NCBI GenBank assembly: GCA_964016885.1
Contig: CAXHJY010000973.1
Location: 496,001-560,000 of the forward strand
Direction: 5' to 3'
DNA: 64,000 nucleotides
Origin: Eledone cirrhosa
Lineage: Eukaryota
The notes under the pieces were generated by a model that had not been told where the DNA came from, did not search any database, and saw only the letters and a list, made by a program, of their open reading frames with translations. Both the position numbers and the translations under genes were made by a program. This document shows positions 28,301-42,000 of this stretch, one piece after another; the stretch's first letter is position 1, and every line of letters starts with the position of its first letter.

Positions 28301-30830
28301 CCTTTAAAACCTCTGTGGAAAAAACTCCCTGCATCAGTTGCTAGTAGTTGAGACACTGAATCTTTTAAAACCTCCATGGAACAAACTACCTGCATCAGTT
28401 GTTAGCTGTTGACATGTTGCATCCTTTAAAACCTCTATGGAACAAACTACCTCCATCAGTTGTTAGCTGTTGAGACACTGCATCCTTTAAAACCTCCATG
28501 GAACAAACTACCTGCATCAGTTGTTACCTGTTGAGACACTGCATCCTTTAAAACCTCCATGGAACAAACAATCTGCATCAATTGTTAGCTGCTGAGACAC
28601 TGCCTCCTTTAAAACCTCCATGGAACAAACTACCTTCATCAGTTGTTACCTGTCGATACACTGCATCCTTTAAAACCTCCATGGAACATACTACCTGCAT
28701 CAGTTGTTAGCTGTTGAGACATTGCATCCTTTAAAACCTCTATGGAACAAACTACCTCCATCAGTTGTTAGCTGACGAGACACTGTATCCTTTAAAACCT
28801 CCATGGAACAAACTACCTGCATCAGTTCTTAGCTGTTGACACGTTGCATCCTTTAAAACCTCTATGGAACAAACTACCTCCATCAGTTGTTAGCTGTTGA
28901 GACACTGCATCCTTTAAAACCTCCACGGAACAAACTACCTGCATCAGTTGTTACCTGTTGAGACACTGCATCCTTTAAAACCTCCATGGAACAAACTACC
29001 TTCATCAGTTGTTAGCTGTCGAGACTCTGCATCCTTTAAAACCTCTATGGAACAAACTACCTCAATCAGTTGTTAGCTGTTGAGACACTGCATCCTTTAA
29101 AACCTCCGTGGAAAAAACTCCCTGCATCAGTTGCTAGTAGATGAGACACTGAATCTTTTAAAACCTCCATGGAACAAACTACCTGCATCAGTTGTTAGCT
29201 GCTGAGACACTGCATCCTTTAAAACCTCCATGGAACAAACTACCTGCATCAGTTGTTAGCTGTTGAGACATTGCATCCTTTAAAACCTCTATGGAACAAA
29301 CTACCTCCATCTTTTGTTAGCTGTTGAGACACTGCATCCTTTAAAACCTCCATGGAACAAACTACCTGCATCAGTTGTTAGCTGCTGAGACACTGCATCC
29401 TTTAAAACCTCCATGGAACAAACCACCTTCATCAGTTGTTAGCTGTCGAGACACTGCATCCTTTAAAACCTCCATGGAACAAACTACCTGCATCAGTTGT
29501 TAGCTGCTGAGACACTGCATCTTTTAAAACCTCCATGGAACAAACTACCTGCATCAGTTGTTAGCTGACGAGACACTGCATCCTTTAAAACCTCTGTGGA
29601 AAAAACTCCCTGCATCAGTTGCTAGTAGTTGAGACACTGCATCCTTTAAAACCTCTATGGAACAAACTATCTGCATCAGTTGTTAGCTGCTGAGACACTG
29701 CATCCTTTAAAACCTCCATGGAACAAACTACCTGCATCAGTTGTTAGCTGTTGAGACATTGCATCCTTTAAAACCTCTATGGAACAAACTACCTCCATCA
29801 GTTGTTAGCTGTTGAGACACAGCATCCTTTAAAACCTCCATGGAACAAACTACCTGCATCAGTTGTTAGCTGCTGAGACACTGCATCCTTTAAAACCTCC
29901 ATGGAAAAAACTACCTTCATCAGCTGTTAGCTGTCCAGAGACTGCATCCTTTAAAACCTCCATGGAACAAACTACCTGCATCAGTTGTTACCTGTCGATA
30001 CACTGCATCCTTTAAAACCTCCATGGAACAAACTACCTGCATCAGTTGTTAGCTGTTGAGACATTGCATCCTTTAAAACCTCTATGGAACAAACTACCTC
30101 CATCAGTTGTTAGCTGTTGAGACACTGCATCCTTTAAAACCTCCATGGAACAATCTACCTGCATCAGTGGTTACCTGTTGAGACACTGCATCCTTTAAAA
30201 CCTCTATGAAACAAACTACCTCCATCAGTTGTTAGCTGTTGAGACACTGCATCCTTTAAAACCTCCGTGGAAAAAACTCCCTGCATCAGTTGCTAGCAGT
30301 TGAGACACTGAATCTTTTAAAACCTCCATGGAACAAACTACCTGCATCAGTTGTTAGCTGTTGACACGTTGCATCCTTTAAAACCTCTATGGAACAAACT
30401 ACCTCCATCAGTTGTTAGCTGTTGAGACACTGCATCCTTTAAAACCTCTGTGGAAAAAACTCCCTGCATCAGTTGCTAGCAGTTGAGACACTGAATCTTT
30501 TAAAACCTCCATGGAACAAACTACCTGCATCAGTTGTTAACTGTTGACACGTTGCATCCTTTAAAACCTCTATGGAACAAACTACCTCCATCAGTTGTTA
30601 GCTGTTGAGACACTGCATCCTTTAAAACCTCTGTGGAAAAAACTCCCTGCATCAGTTGCTAGTAGTTGAGACACTGAATCTTTTAAAACCTCCATGGAAC
30701 AAACTACCTGCATCAGTTGTTAGCTGTTGACAAGTTGCATCCTTTAAAACCTCTATGGAACAAACTACCTCCATCAGTTGTTAGCTGTTGAGACACTGCA
30801 TCCTTTAAAACCTCCATGGAACAAACTACC
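22358..30830. repeat. Two near-identical ~3.3-kb blocks offset by 5124 bp (84 monomers)
   Basis: Private variants repeat at exactly +5124: CTGCCTCC 23480/28604, ACAGCATC 24697/29821, TATGAAAC 25085/30209, GTTAACTG 25416/30540. Block boundaries are approximate. Confidence 0.85.
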
Positions 30831-33800
30831 TGCATCAGTTGTTACCTGTTGAGACACTGCATCCTTTAAAACCTCCATGGAACAAACAATCTGCATCAAT
30901 TGTTAGCTGCTGAGACACTGCATCCTTTAAAACCTCCATGGAACAAACTACCTTCATCAGTTGTTACCTGTCGATACACTGCATCCTTTAAAACCTCCAT
31001 GGAACATACTACCTGCATCAGTTGTTAGCTGTTGAGACATTGCATCCTTTAAAACCTCTATGGAACAAACTACCTCCATCAGTTGTTAGCTGCTGAGACA
31101 CTGTATCCTTTAAAACCTCCATGGAACAAACTACCTGCATCAGTTCTTAGCTGTTGACACGTTGCATCCTTTAAAACCTCTATGGAACAAACTACCTCCA
31201 TCAGTTGTTAGCTGTTGAGACACTGCATCCTTTAAAACCTCCACGGAACAAACTACCTGCATCAGTTGTTACCTGTTGAGACACTGCATCCTTTAAAACC
31301 TCCATGGAACAAACTACCTTCATCAGTTGTTAGCTGTCGAGACTCTGCATCCTTTAAAACCTCCGTGGAAAAAACTCCCTGCATCAGTTGCTAGTAGTTG
31401 AGACACTGAATCTTTTAAAACCTCCATGGAACAAACTACCTGCATCAGTTGTTAGCTGCTGAGACACTGCATCCTTTAAAACCTCCATGGAACAAACTAC
31501 CTGCATCAGTTGTTAGCTGTTGAGACATTGCATCCTTTAAAACCTCTATGGAACAAACTACCTCCATCTTTTGTTAGCTGTTGAGACACTGCATCCTTTA
31601 AAACCTCCATGGAACAAACTACCTGCATCAGTTGTTAGCTGCTGAGACACTGCATCCTTTAAAACCTCCATGGAACAAACCACCTTCATCAGTTGTTAGC
31701 TGTCGAGATACTGCATCCTTTAAAACCTCCATGGAACAAACTACCTGCATCAGTTGTTAGCTGCTGAGACACTGCATCTTTTAAAACCTCCATGGAACAA
31801 ACTACCTGCATCAGTTGTTAGCTGACGAGACACTGTATCCTTTAAAACCTCCATGGAACAAACTACCTGCATCAGTTCTTAGCTGTTGACACGTTGTATC
31901 CTTTAAAACCTCTATGGAACAAACTACCTCCATCAGTTGTTAGCTGTTGAGAGACTGCATCCTTTAAAACCTCCATGGAACAAACTACCTGCATCAGTTC
32001 TTACCTGTTGAGACACTGCATCCTTTAAAACCTCCATGGAACAAACTACCCACATCAATTGTTAGCTGTCGAGACACTGCATCCTTTAAAACCTCCATGG
32101 AACAAACTACCTGCATCAGTTGTTAGCTGTCCAGACACTGCATCCTTTAAAACCTCGATGGCACAAACTACCTTCATCAGTTGTTAGCTGCTGAGACACT
32201 GCATCCTTTAAAACCTCCATGGAACAAACTACCTTCATCAGTTGTTAGCTGCTGAGACACTGCATCCTTTAAAACCGCCATGGAATAAACTACCTACATC
32301 AGTTGTTAGCTGTTGAGACATTGCATCCTTTAAAACCTCTATGGAACAAACTACCTCCATCAGTTGTTAGCTGTTGAGACACTGCATCCTTTAAAACCTC
32401 CGTGGAAAAAACTCCCTGCATCAGTTGCTAGTAGCTGAGACACTGAATCTTTTTAAACCTCCATGGAACAAACTACCTGCATCAGTTGTTAGCTGTTGAC
32501 ACGTTGCATCCTTTAAAACCTCTATGGAACAAACTACCTCCATCAGTTGTTAGCTGTTGAGACACTGCATCCTTTAAAACCTCTGTGGAAAAAACTCCCT
32601 GCATCAGTTGCTAGCAGTTGAGACACTGAATCTTTTAAAACCTCCATGGAACAAACTACCTGCATCAGTTGTTAACTGTTGACACGTTGCATCCTTTAAA
32701 ACCTCTATGGAACAAACTACCTCCATCAGTTGTTAGCTGTTGAGACACTGCATCCTTTAAAACCTCTGTGGAAAAAACTCCCTGCATCAGTTGCTAGTAG
32801 TTGAGACACTGAATCTTTTAAAACCTCCATGGAACAAACTACCTGCATCAGTTGTTAGCTGTTGACAAGTTGCATCCTTTAAAACCTCTATGGAACAAAC
32901 TACCTCCATCAGTTGTTAGCTGTTGAGACACTGCATCCTTTAAAACCTCCATGGAACAAACTACCTGCATCAGTTGTTACCTGTTGAGACACTGCATCCT
33001 TTAAAACCTCCATGGAACAAACAATCTGCATCAATTGTTAGCTGCTGAGACACTGCATCCTTTAAAACCTCCATGGAACAAACTACCTTCATCAGTTGTT
33101 ACCTGTCGATACACTGCATCCTTTAAAACCTCCATGGAACATACTACCTGCATCAGTTGTTAGCTGTTGAGACATTGCATCCTTTAAAACCTCTATGGAA
33201 CAAACTACCTCCATCAGTTGTTAGCTGCTGAGACACTGTATCCTTTAAAACCTCCATGGAACAAACTACCTGCATCAGTTCTTAGCTGTTGACACGTTGC
33301 ATCCTTTAAAACCTCTATGGAACAAACTACCTCCATCAGTTGTTAGCTGTTGAGACACTGCATCCTTTAAAACCTCCACGGAACAAACTACCTGCATCAG
33401 TTGTTACCTGTTGAGACACTGCATCCTTTAAAACCTCCATGGAACAAACTACCTTCATCAGTTGTTAGCTGTCGAGACTCTGCATCCTTTAAAACCTCCA
33501 TGGAACAAACTACCTTAATCAGTTGTTAGCTGTTGAGACATTGCATCCTTTAAAACCTCTATGGAACAAACTACCTCCATCAGTTGTTAGCTGTTGAGAC
33601 ACTGCATCCTTTAAAACCTCCGTGGAAAAAACTCCCTGCATCAGTTGCTAGTAGTTGAGACACTGAATCTTTTAAAACCTCCATGGAACAAACTACCTGC
33701 ATCAGTTGTTAGCTGCTGAGACACTGCATCCTTTAAAACCTCCATGGAACAAACTACCTGCATCAGTTGTTAGCTGTTGAGACATTGCATCCTTTAAAAC

Positions 33801-36800
33801 CTCTATGGAACAAACTACCTCCATCTTTTGTTAGCTGTTGAGACACTGCATCCTTTAAAACCTCCATGGAACAAACTACCTGCATCAGTTGTTAGCTGCT
33901 GAGACACTGCATCCTTTAAAACCTCCATGGAACAAACCACCTTCATCAGTTGTTAGCTGTCGAGATACTGCATCCTTTAAAACCTCCATGGAACAAACTA
34001 CCTGCATCAGTTGTTAGCTGCTGAGACACTGCATCTTTTAAAACCTCCATGGAACAAACTACCTGCATCAGTTGTTAGCTGACGAGACACTGTATCCTTT
34101 AAAACCTCCATGGAACAAACTACCTGCATCAGTTCTTAGCTGTTGACACGTTGTAACCTTTAAAACCTCTATGGAACAAACTACCTCCATCAGTTGTTAG
34201 CTGTTGAGAGACTGCATCCTTTAAAACCTCCATGGAACAAACTACCTGCATCAGTTCTTACCTGTTGAGACACTGCATCCTTTAAAACCTCCATGGAACA
34301 AACTACCCACATCAATTGTTAGCTGTCGAGACACTGCATCCTTTAAAACCTCCATGGAACAAACTACCTGCATCAGTTGTTAGCTGTCCAGACACTGCAT
34401 CCTTTAAAACCTCGATGGCACAAACTACCTTCATCAGTTGTTAGCTGCTGAGACACTGCATCCTTTAAAACCTCTATGGAACAAACTACCTCCATCAGTT
34501 GTTAGCTGTTGAGACACTGCATCCTTTAAAACCTCCGTGGAAAAAACTCCCTGCATCAGTTGCTAGTAGTTGAGACACTGAATCTTTTTAAACCTCCATG
34601 GAACAAACTACCTGCATCAGTTCTTAGCTGTTGACACGTTGCATCCTTTAAAACTTCCATGGAACAAACTACCTCCATCAGTTGTTAGCTGTTGAGACAC
34701 TGCATCCTTTAAAACCTCCATGGAACAAACTACCTGCATCAGTTGTTACCTGTTGAGACACTGCATCCTTTAAAACCTCTATGGAGCAAACTATCTGCAT
34801 CAGTTGTTAGCTGCTGAGACACTGCATCCTTTAAAACCTCCATGGAACAAACTACCTGCATCAGTTGTTAGCTGTTGAGACATTGCATCCTTTAAAACCT
34901 CTATGGAACAAACTACCTCCATCAGTTGTTAGCTGTTGAGACACTGCATCCTTTAAAACCTCCATGGAACAAACTACCTGCATCAGTTGTTAGCTGTCCA
35001 GAGACTGCATCCTTTAAAACCTCCATGGAACAAACTACCTGCATCAGTTGTTAGCTGTTGAGACTCTGCATCCTTTAAAACCTCCATGGAACAAACTACC
35101 TGCATCAGTTGTTAGCTGTCCAGACACTGCATCCTTTAAAACCTCCATGGAACAAACTACCTGCATCAGTTGTTAGCTGTCCAGACACTGCATCCTTTAA
35201 AACCGCCATGGAACAAACTATCTGCATCAGTTGTTAGCTGCTGAGACACTGCATCCTTTAAAACCTCCATGGAACAAACTACCTGCATCAGTTGTTAGCT
35301 GTTGAGACATTGCATCCTTTAAAACCTCTATGGAACAAACTACCTCCATCAGTTGTTAGCTGTTGAGACACTGCATCCTTTAAAACCTCCATGGAACAAA
35401 CTACCTGCATCAGTTGTTAGCTGTCCAGAGACTGCATCCTTTAAAACCTCCATGGAACAAACTACCTGCATCAGTTGTTAGCTGTTGAGACTCTGCATCC
35501 TTTAAAACCTCCATGGAACAAACTACCTGCATCAGTTGTTAGCTGTCCAGACACTGCATCCTTTAAAACCTCCATGGAACAAACTACCTGCATCAGTTGT
35601 TAGCTGTCCAGACACTGCATCCTTTAAAACCGCCATGGAACAAACTACCTACATCAGCTGTTAGCTGTTGAGACACTGCATCCTTTAAAACCTCTGTGGA
35701 AAAAACTCCCTGCATCAGTTGCTAGTAGTTGAGACGCTGAATCTTTTAAAACCTCCATGGAACAAACTACCTGCATCAGTTGTTAGCTGTTGACACGTTG
35801 CATCCTTTAAAACCTCTATGGAACAAACTACCTCCATCAGTTGTTAGCTGTTGAGACACTGCATCCTTTAAAACCTCCATGGAACAAACTACCTGCATCA
35901 GTTGTTACCTGTTGAGACACTGCATCCTTTAAAACCTCCATGGAACAAACAATCTGCATCAATTGTTAGCTGCTGAGACACTGCATCCTTTAAAACCTCC
36001 ATGGAACAAACTACCTTCATCAGTTGTTACCTGTCGATACACTGCATCCTTTAAAACCTCCATGGAACATACTACCTGCATCAGTTGTTAGCTGTTGAGA
36101 CATTGCATCCTTTAAAACATCTATGGAACAAACTACCTCCATCAGTTGTTAGCTGACGAGACACTGTATCCTTTAAAACCTCCATGGAACAAACTACCTG
36201 CATCAGTTCTTAGCTGTTGACACGTTGCATCCTTTAAAACCTCTATGGAACAAACTACCTCCATCAGTTGTTAGCTGTTGAGACACTGCATCCTTTAAAA
36301 CCTCCACGGAACAAACTACCTGCATCAGTTGTTACCTGTTGAGACACTGCATCCTTTAAAACCTCCATGGAACAAACTACCTTCATCAGTTGTTAGCTGT
36401 CGAGACTCTGCATCCTTTAAAACCTCCATGGAACAAACTACCTTAATCAGTTGTTAGCTGTTGAGACATTGCATCCTTTAAAACCTCTATGGAACAAACT
36501 ACCTCCATCAGTTGTTAGCTGTTGAGACACTGCATCCTTTAAAACCTCCGTGGAAAAAACTCCCTGCATCAGTTGCTAGTAGTTGAGACACTGAATCTTT
36601 TAAAACCTCCATGGAACAAACTACCTGCATCAGTTGTTAGCTGCTGAGACACTGCATCCTTTAAAACCTCCATGGAACAAACTACCTGCATCAGTTGTTA
36701 GCTGTTGAGACATTGAATCCTTTAAAACCTCTATGGAACAAACTACCTCCATCTTTTGTTAGCTGTTGAGACACTGCATCCTTTAAAACCTCCATGGAAC

Positions 36801-39071
36801 AAACTACCTGCATCAGTTGTTAGCTGCTGAGACACTGCATCCTTTAAAACCTCCATGGAACAAACCACCTTCATCAGTTGTTAGCTGTCGAGACACTGCA
36901 TCCTTTAAAACCTCCATGGAACAAACTACCTGCATCAGTTGTTAGCTGTTGAGACACTGCATCTTTTAAAACCTCCATGGAACAAACTACCTGCATCAGT
37001 TGTTAGCTGACGAGACACTGTATCCTTTAAAACCTCCATGGAACAAACTACCTGCATCAGTTCTTAGCTGTTGACACGTTGTATCCTTTAAAACCTCTAT
37101 GGAACAAACTACCTCCATCAGTTGTTAGCTGTTGAGAGACTGCATCCTTTAAAACCTCCATGGAACAAACTACCTGCATCAGTTCTTACCTGTTGAGACA
37201 CTGCATCCTTTAAAACCTCTATGGAGCAAACTATCTGCATCAGTTGTTAGCTGCTGAGACACTGCATCCTTTAAAACCTCCATGGAACAAACTACCTGCA
37301 TCAGTTGTTAGCTGTTGAGACATTGCATCCTTTAAAACCTCTATGGAACAAACTACCTCCATCAGTTGTTAGCTGTTGAGACACTGCATCCTTTAAAACC
37401 TCCATGGAACAAACTACCTGCATCAGTTGTTAGCTGTCCAGAGACTGCATCCTTTAAAACCTCCATGGAACAAACTACCTGCATCAGTTGTTAGCTGTTG
37501 AGACTCTGCATCCTTTAAAACCTCCATGGAACAAACTACCTGCATCAGTTGTTAGCTGTCCAGACACTGCATCCTTTAAAACCGCCATGGAACAAACTAT
37601 CTGCATCAGTTGTTAGCTGCTGAGACACTGCATCCTTTAAAACCTCCATGGAACAAACTACCTGCATCAGTTGTTAGCTGTTGAGACATTGCATCCTTTA
37701 AAACCTCTATGGAACAAACTACCTCCATCAGTTGTTAGCTGTTGAGACACTGCATCCTTTAAAACCTCCATGGAACAAACTACCTGCATCAGTTGTTAGC
37801 TGTCCAGAGACTGCATCCTTTAAAACCTCCATGGAACAAACTACCTGCATCAGTTGTTAGCTGTTGAGACTCTGCATCCTTTAAAACCTCCATGGAACAA
37901 ACTACCTGCATCAGTTGTTAGCTGTCCAGACACTGCATCCTTTAAAACCTCCATGGAACAAACTACCTGCATCAGTTGTTAGCTGTCCAGACACTGCATC
38001 CTTTAAAACCGCCATGGAACAAACTACCTACATCAGTTGTTAGCTGTTGAGACACTGCATCCTTTAAAACCTCTGTGGAAAAAACTCCCTGCATCAGTTG
38101 CTAGTAGTTGAGACACTGAATCTTTTAAAACCTCCATGGAACAAACTACCTGCATCAGTTGTTAGCTCTTGACACGTTGCATCCTTTAAAACCTCTATGG
38201 AACAAACTACCTCCATCAGTTGTTAGCTGTTGAGACACTGCATCCTTTAAAACCTCTATGGAACAAACTACCTGCATCAGTTGTTACCTGTTGAGACACT
38301 GCATCCTTTAAAACCTCCATGGAACAAACAATCTGCATCAATTGTTAGCTGCTGAGACACTGCATCCTTTAAAACCTCCATGGAACAAACTACCTTCATC
38401 AGTTGTTACCTGTCGATACACTGCATCCTTTAAAACCTCCATGGAACATACTACCTGCATCAGTTGTTAGCTGTTGAGACATTGCATCCTTTAAAACCTC
38501 TATGGAACAAACTACCTCCATCAGTTGTTAGCTGACGAGACACTGTATCCTTTAAAAGCTCCATGGAACAAACTACCTGCATCAGTTCTTAGCTGTTGAC
38601 ACGTTGCATCCTTTAAAACCTCTATGGAACAAACTACCTCCATCAGTTATTAGCTGTTGAGACACTGCATCCTTTAAAACCTCCACGGAACAAACTACCT
38701 TCATCAGTTGTTAGCTGTCGAGACTCTGCATCCTTTAAAACCTCCATGGAACAAACTACCTTAATCAGTTGTTAGCTGTTGAGACATTGCATCCTTTAAA
38801 ACCTCTATGGAACAAACTACCTCCATCAGTTGTTAGCTGTTGAGACACTGCATCCTTTAAAACCTCCGTGGAAAAAACTCCCTGCATCAGTTGCTAGTAG
38901 TTGAGACACTGAATCTTTTAAAACCTCCATGGAACAAACTACCTGCATCAGTTGTTAGCTGCTGAGACACTGCATCCTTTAAAACCTCCATGGAACAAAC
39001 TACCTGCATCAGTTGTTAGCTGTTGAGACATTGCATCCTTTAAAACCTCTATGGAACAAACTACCTCCATC

Positions 39072-42000
39072 TTTTGTTAGCTGTTGAGACACTGCATCCT
39101 TTAAAACCTCCATGGAACAAACTACCTGCATCAGTTGTTAGCTGCTGAGACACTGCATCCTTTAAAACCTCCATGGAACAAACCACCTTCATCAGTTGTT
39201 AGCTGTCGAGACACTGCATCCTTTAAAACCTCCATGGAACAAACTACCTGCATCAGTTGTTAGCTGCTGAGACACTGCATCTTTTAAAACCTCCATGGAA
39301 CAAACTACCTGCATCAGTTGTTAGCTGACGAGACACTGTATCCTTTAAAACCTCCATGGAACAAACTACCTGCATCAGTTCTTAGCTGTTGACACGTTGT
39401 ATCCTTTAAAACCTCTATGGAACAAACTACCTCCATCAGTTGTTAGCTGTTGAGAGACTGCATCCTTTAAAACCTCCATGGAACAAACTACCTGCATCAG
39501 TTCTTACCTGTTGAGACACTGCATCCTTTAAAACCTCCATGGAACAAACTACCCGCATCAATTGTTAGCTGTCGAGACACTGCATCCTTTAAAACCTCCA
39601 TGGAACAAACTACCTGCATCAGTTGTTAGCTGTCCAGACACTGCATCCTTTAAAACCTCGATGGCACAAACTACCTTCATCAGTTGTTAGCTGCTGAGAC
39701 ACTGCATCCTTTAAAACCTCCATGGAACAAACTACCTTCATCAGTTGTTAGCTGCTGAGACACTGCATCCTTTAAAACCGCCATGGAACAAACTACCTAC
39801 ATCAGTTGTTAGCTGTTGAGACATTGCATCCTTTAAAACCTCTATGGAACAAACTACCTCCATCAGTTGTTAGCTGTTGAGACACTGCATCCTTTAAAAC
39901 CTCCGTGGAAAAAACTCCCTGCATCAGTTGCTAGTAGTTGAGACACTGAATCTTTTTAAACCTCCATGGAACAAACTACCTGCATCAGTTCTTAGCTGTT
40001 GACACGTTGCATCCTTTAAAACTTCTATGGAACAAACTACCTCCATCAGTTGTTAGCTGTTGAGACACTGCATCCTTTAAAACCTCCATGGAACAAACTA
40101 CCTGCATCAGTTGTTACGTGTTGAGACACTGCATCCTTTAAAACCTCTATGGAGCAAACTATCTGCATCAGTTGTTAGCTGCTGAGACACTGCATCCTTT
40201 AAAACCTCCATCAGTTGTTAGCTGTTGAGACATTGCATCCTTTAAAACCTCTATGGAACAAACTACCTCCATCAGTTGTTAGCTGTTGAGACACTGCATC
40301 CTTTAAAACCTCTATGGAACAAACTACCTGCATCAGTTGTTAGCTGTTGAGACTCTGCATCCTTTAAAACCTCCATGGAACAAACTACCTGCATCAGTTG
40401 TTAGCTGTCCAGACACTGCATCCTTTAAAACCTCCATGGAACAAACTACCTGCATCAGTTGTTAGCTGTCCAGACACTGCATCCTTTAAAACCGCCATGG
40501 AACAAACTACCTACATCAGTTGTTAGCTGTTGAGACATGGCATCCTTTAAAACCGCCATGGAACAAACTACCTACATCAGTTGTTAGCTGTTGAGACACT
40601 GCATCCTTTAAAACATCCATGGAACAAACTACCTGCATCAGTTGTAAGTTGTCGAGACACTGCATCCTTTAAAACCTCCATGGAACAAATTACCTGCATC
40701 AGTTGTTAGCTGTCGAGACACTGCATCCTTTAAAACCTCTATGGAACAAACTACCTCCATCAGTTGTTAGCTGTTGAGACACTGCATCCTTTAAAACCTC
40801 TATGGAACAAACTACCTCCATCAGTTGCTAGCAGTTGAGACTCTGCATCCTTTAAAACCTCCGTGGAAAAAACTCCCTGCATCAGTTGCTAGCAGTTGAG
40901 ACTCTGCATCTTTTAAAACCTCTATGGAACAAACTACCTCCATCAGTTGTTAGATGTTGAGACACTGCATCCTTTAAAACCTCCATGGAACAAACTACCT
41001 GCATCAGTTGTTACCTGTTGAGACACTGTATCCTTTAAAACCTCCATGGAACAAACTATCTGCATCAGTTGTTAGCTGCTGAGACACTGCATCCTTTAAA
41101 ACCTCCATGGAACAAACTACCTTCATCAGTTGTTACCTGTCGATACACTGCATCCTTTAAAACCTCCATGGAACAAACTACCTGCATCAGTTGTTAGCTG
41201 TTGAGACATTGCATCCTTTAAAACCTCTATGGAACAAACTACCTCCATCAGTTGTAAGCTGTTGAGACACTGCATCCTTTAAAACCTCCATGGAACAAAC
41301 TACCTGCATCAGTTGTTAGCTGTCCAGAGACTGCATCCTTTAAAACCTCCATGGAACAAACTACCTGCATCAGTTGTTAGCTGTTGAGACTCTGCATCCT
41401 TTAAAACCTCCATGGAACAAACTACCTGCATCAGTTGTTAGCTGTCCAGACACTGCATCCTTTAAAACCTCCATGGAACAAACTACCTGCATCAGTTGTT
41501 AGCTGTCCAGACACTGCATCCTTTAAAACCGCCATGGAACAAACTATCTGCATCAGTTGTTAGCTGCTGAGACACTGCATCCTTTAAAACCTCCATGGAA
41601 CAAACTACCTGCATCAGTTGTTAGCTGTCCAGAGACTGCATCCTTTAAAACCTCCATGGAACAAACTACCTGCATCAGTTGTTAGCTGTTGAGACTCTGC
41701 ATCCTTTAAAACCTCCATGGAACAAACTACCTGCATCAGTTGTTAGCTGTCCAGACACTGCATCCTTTAAAACCTCCATGGAACAAACTACCTGCATCAG
41801 TTGTTAGCTGTCCAGACACTGCATCCTTTAAAACCGCCATGGAACAAACTACCTACATCAGTTGTTAGCTGTTGAGACACTGCATCCTTTAAAACCTCTG
41901 TGGAAAAAACTCCCTGCATCAGTTGCTAGTAGTTGAGACACTGAATCTTTTAAAACCTCCATGGAACAAACTACCTGCATCAGTTGTTAGCTGTTGACAC

